A stretch of DNA of 63,037 nucleotides, the filler included, from Octopus bimaculoides (taxonomy: Eukaryota), in assembly GCF_001194135.2 (NCBI RefSeq). It is 4 parts of 4 records of this genome, joined end to end, with 100 filler letters (N's around TTAATTAATTAA, not from the genome) between each part and the next. Parts side by side here need not be neighbours in the genome. Positions count along the whole stretch, not along the records: positions 61,774 to 63,037 come from NW_026406600.1; 3 more parts are not named here. The stretch is one strand, 5' to 3'. A model generated the notes under the pieces. The model was given only the letters and a program-made list of their open reading frames with translations. It was not told the DNA's origin and did no database searches. Shown here piece after piece: positions 62,630 through 63,037 of this stretch; the first letter of the stretch is position 1, and the number at the start of each line of letters is the position of its first letter. The position numbers and the translations under genes are program-made.

Positions 62630-63037
62630 ATATAAATAGATAGGAGATAAAGTAGATGAAGGTGATAATGATGATGATAGCTATGTGGTTGAAATTTTGT
62701 TTGTAGAAAAATTATTTGAATAAAGAAATAACCCAAGTAAAACACAGCTCAAGGCCAAACCATTCTAAGAAGCCAAAGCTTATACAGAAACAACAAAACA
62801 GAAGATGAAGTAATGGCGGTAATGAGCAGCAATGGAAACAAACTTAGAAAAAAAAAATCTTCATCAGTAATACATTCAATAGATTTTATAACTATACATA
62901 AATTTACGTGATGAAAAAACTTACTTAACATTTTATATATTAAAGTCGCTGAAATATAAGAGATATACAGTTCACTTTTATATCTATTCTACAAAACATA
63001 TTGAGTACTGCTTACTTTGTCACATCATTTTATATAT

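Overview
Eukaryotic, repeat-saturated genomic DNA with many N gaps. The SINE families, (TA)n/(CA)n/(GATA)n/(CAT)n microsatellite density and gene style point to an octopus (coleoid cephalopod) genome; this is inferred from recalled repeat families, not from a search. Nearly all ORFs in the supplied track are artefacts of microsatellites or N runs. One real protein-coding gene is supported: a plus-strand Stum/SPEC3-family membrane protein, with coding exons at 18924-19206 and 25606-25788, phase-compatible GT-AG sites, and an unresolved last exon. The rest consists of about five tRNA-derived or RTE-tailed SINE-like families (labelled A-F here), mariner, hAT and piggyBac remnants and MITEs, a decayed CR1/L2-type LINE RT, and Penelope-like termini carrying minimal hammerhead-ribozyme motifs. 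There is also an unusual set of long inverted repeats (4452-4663, 8157-9270, 26949-27387, 32256-33242, 39640-39827). Three artificial 100-bp linkers (44N-TTAATTAATTAA-44N) show the window is stitched from four scaffolds, so long-range order is provisional. Repeat boundaries were read by eye and are approximate to tens of bases.
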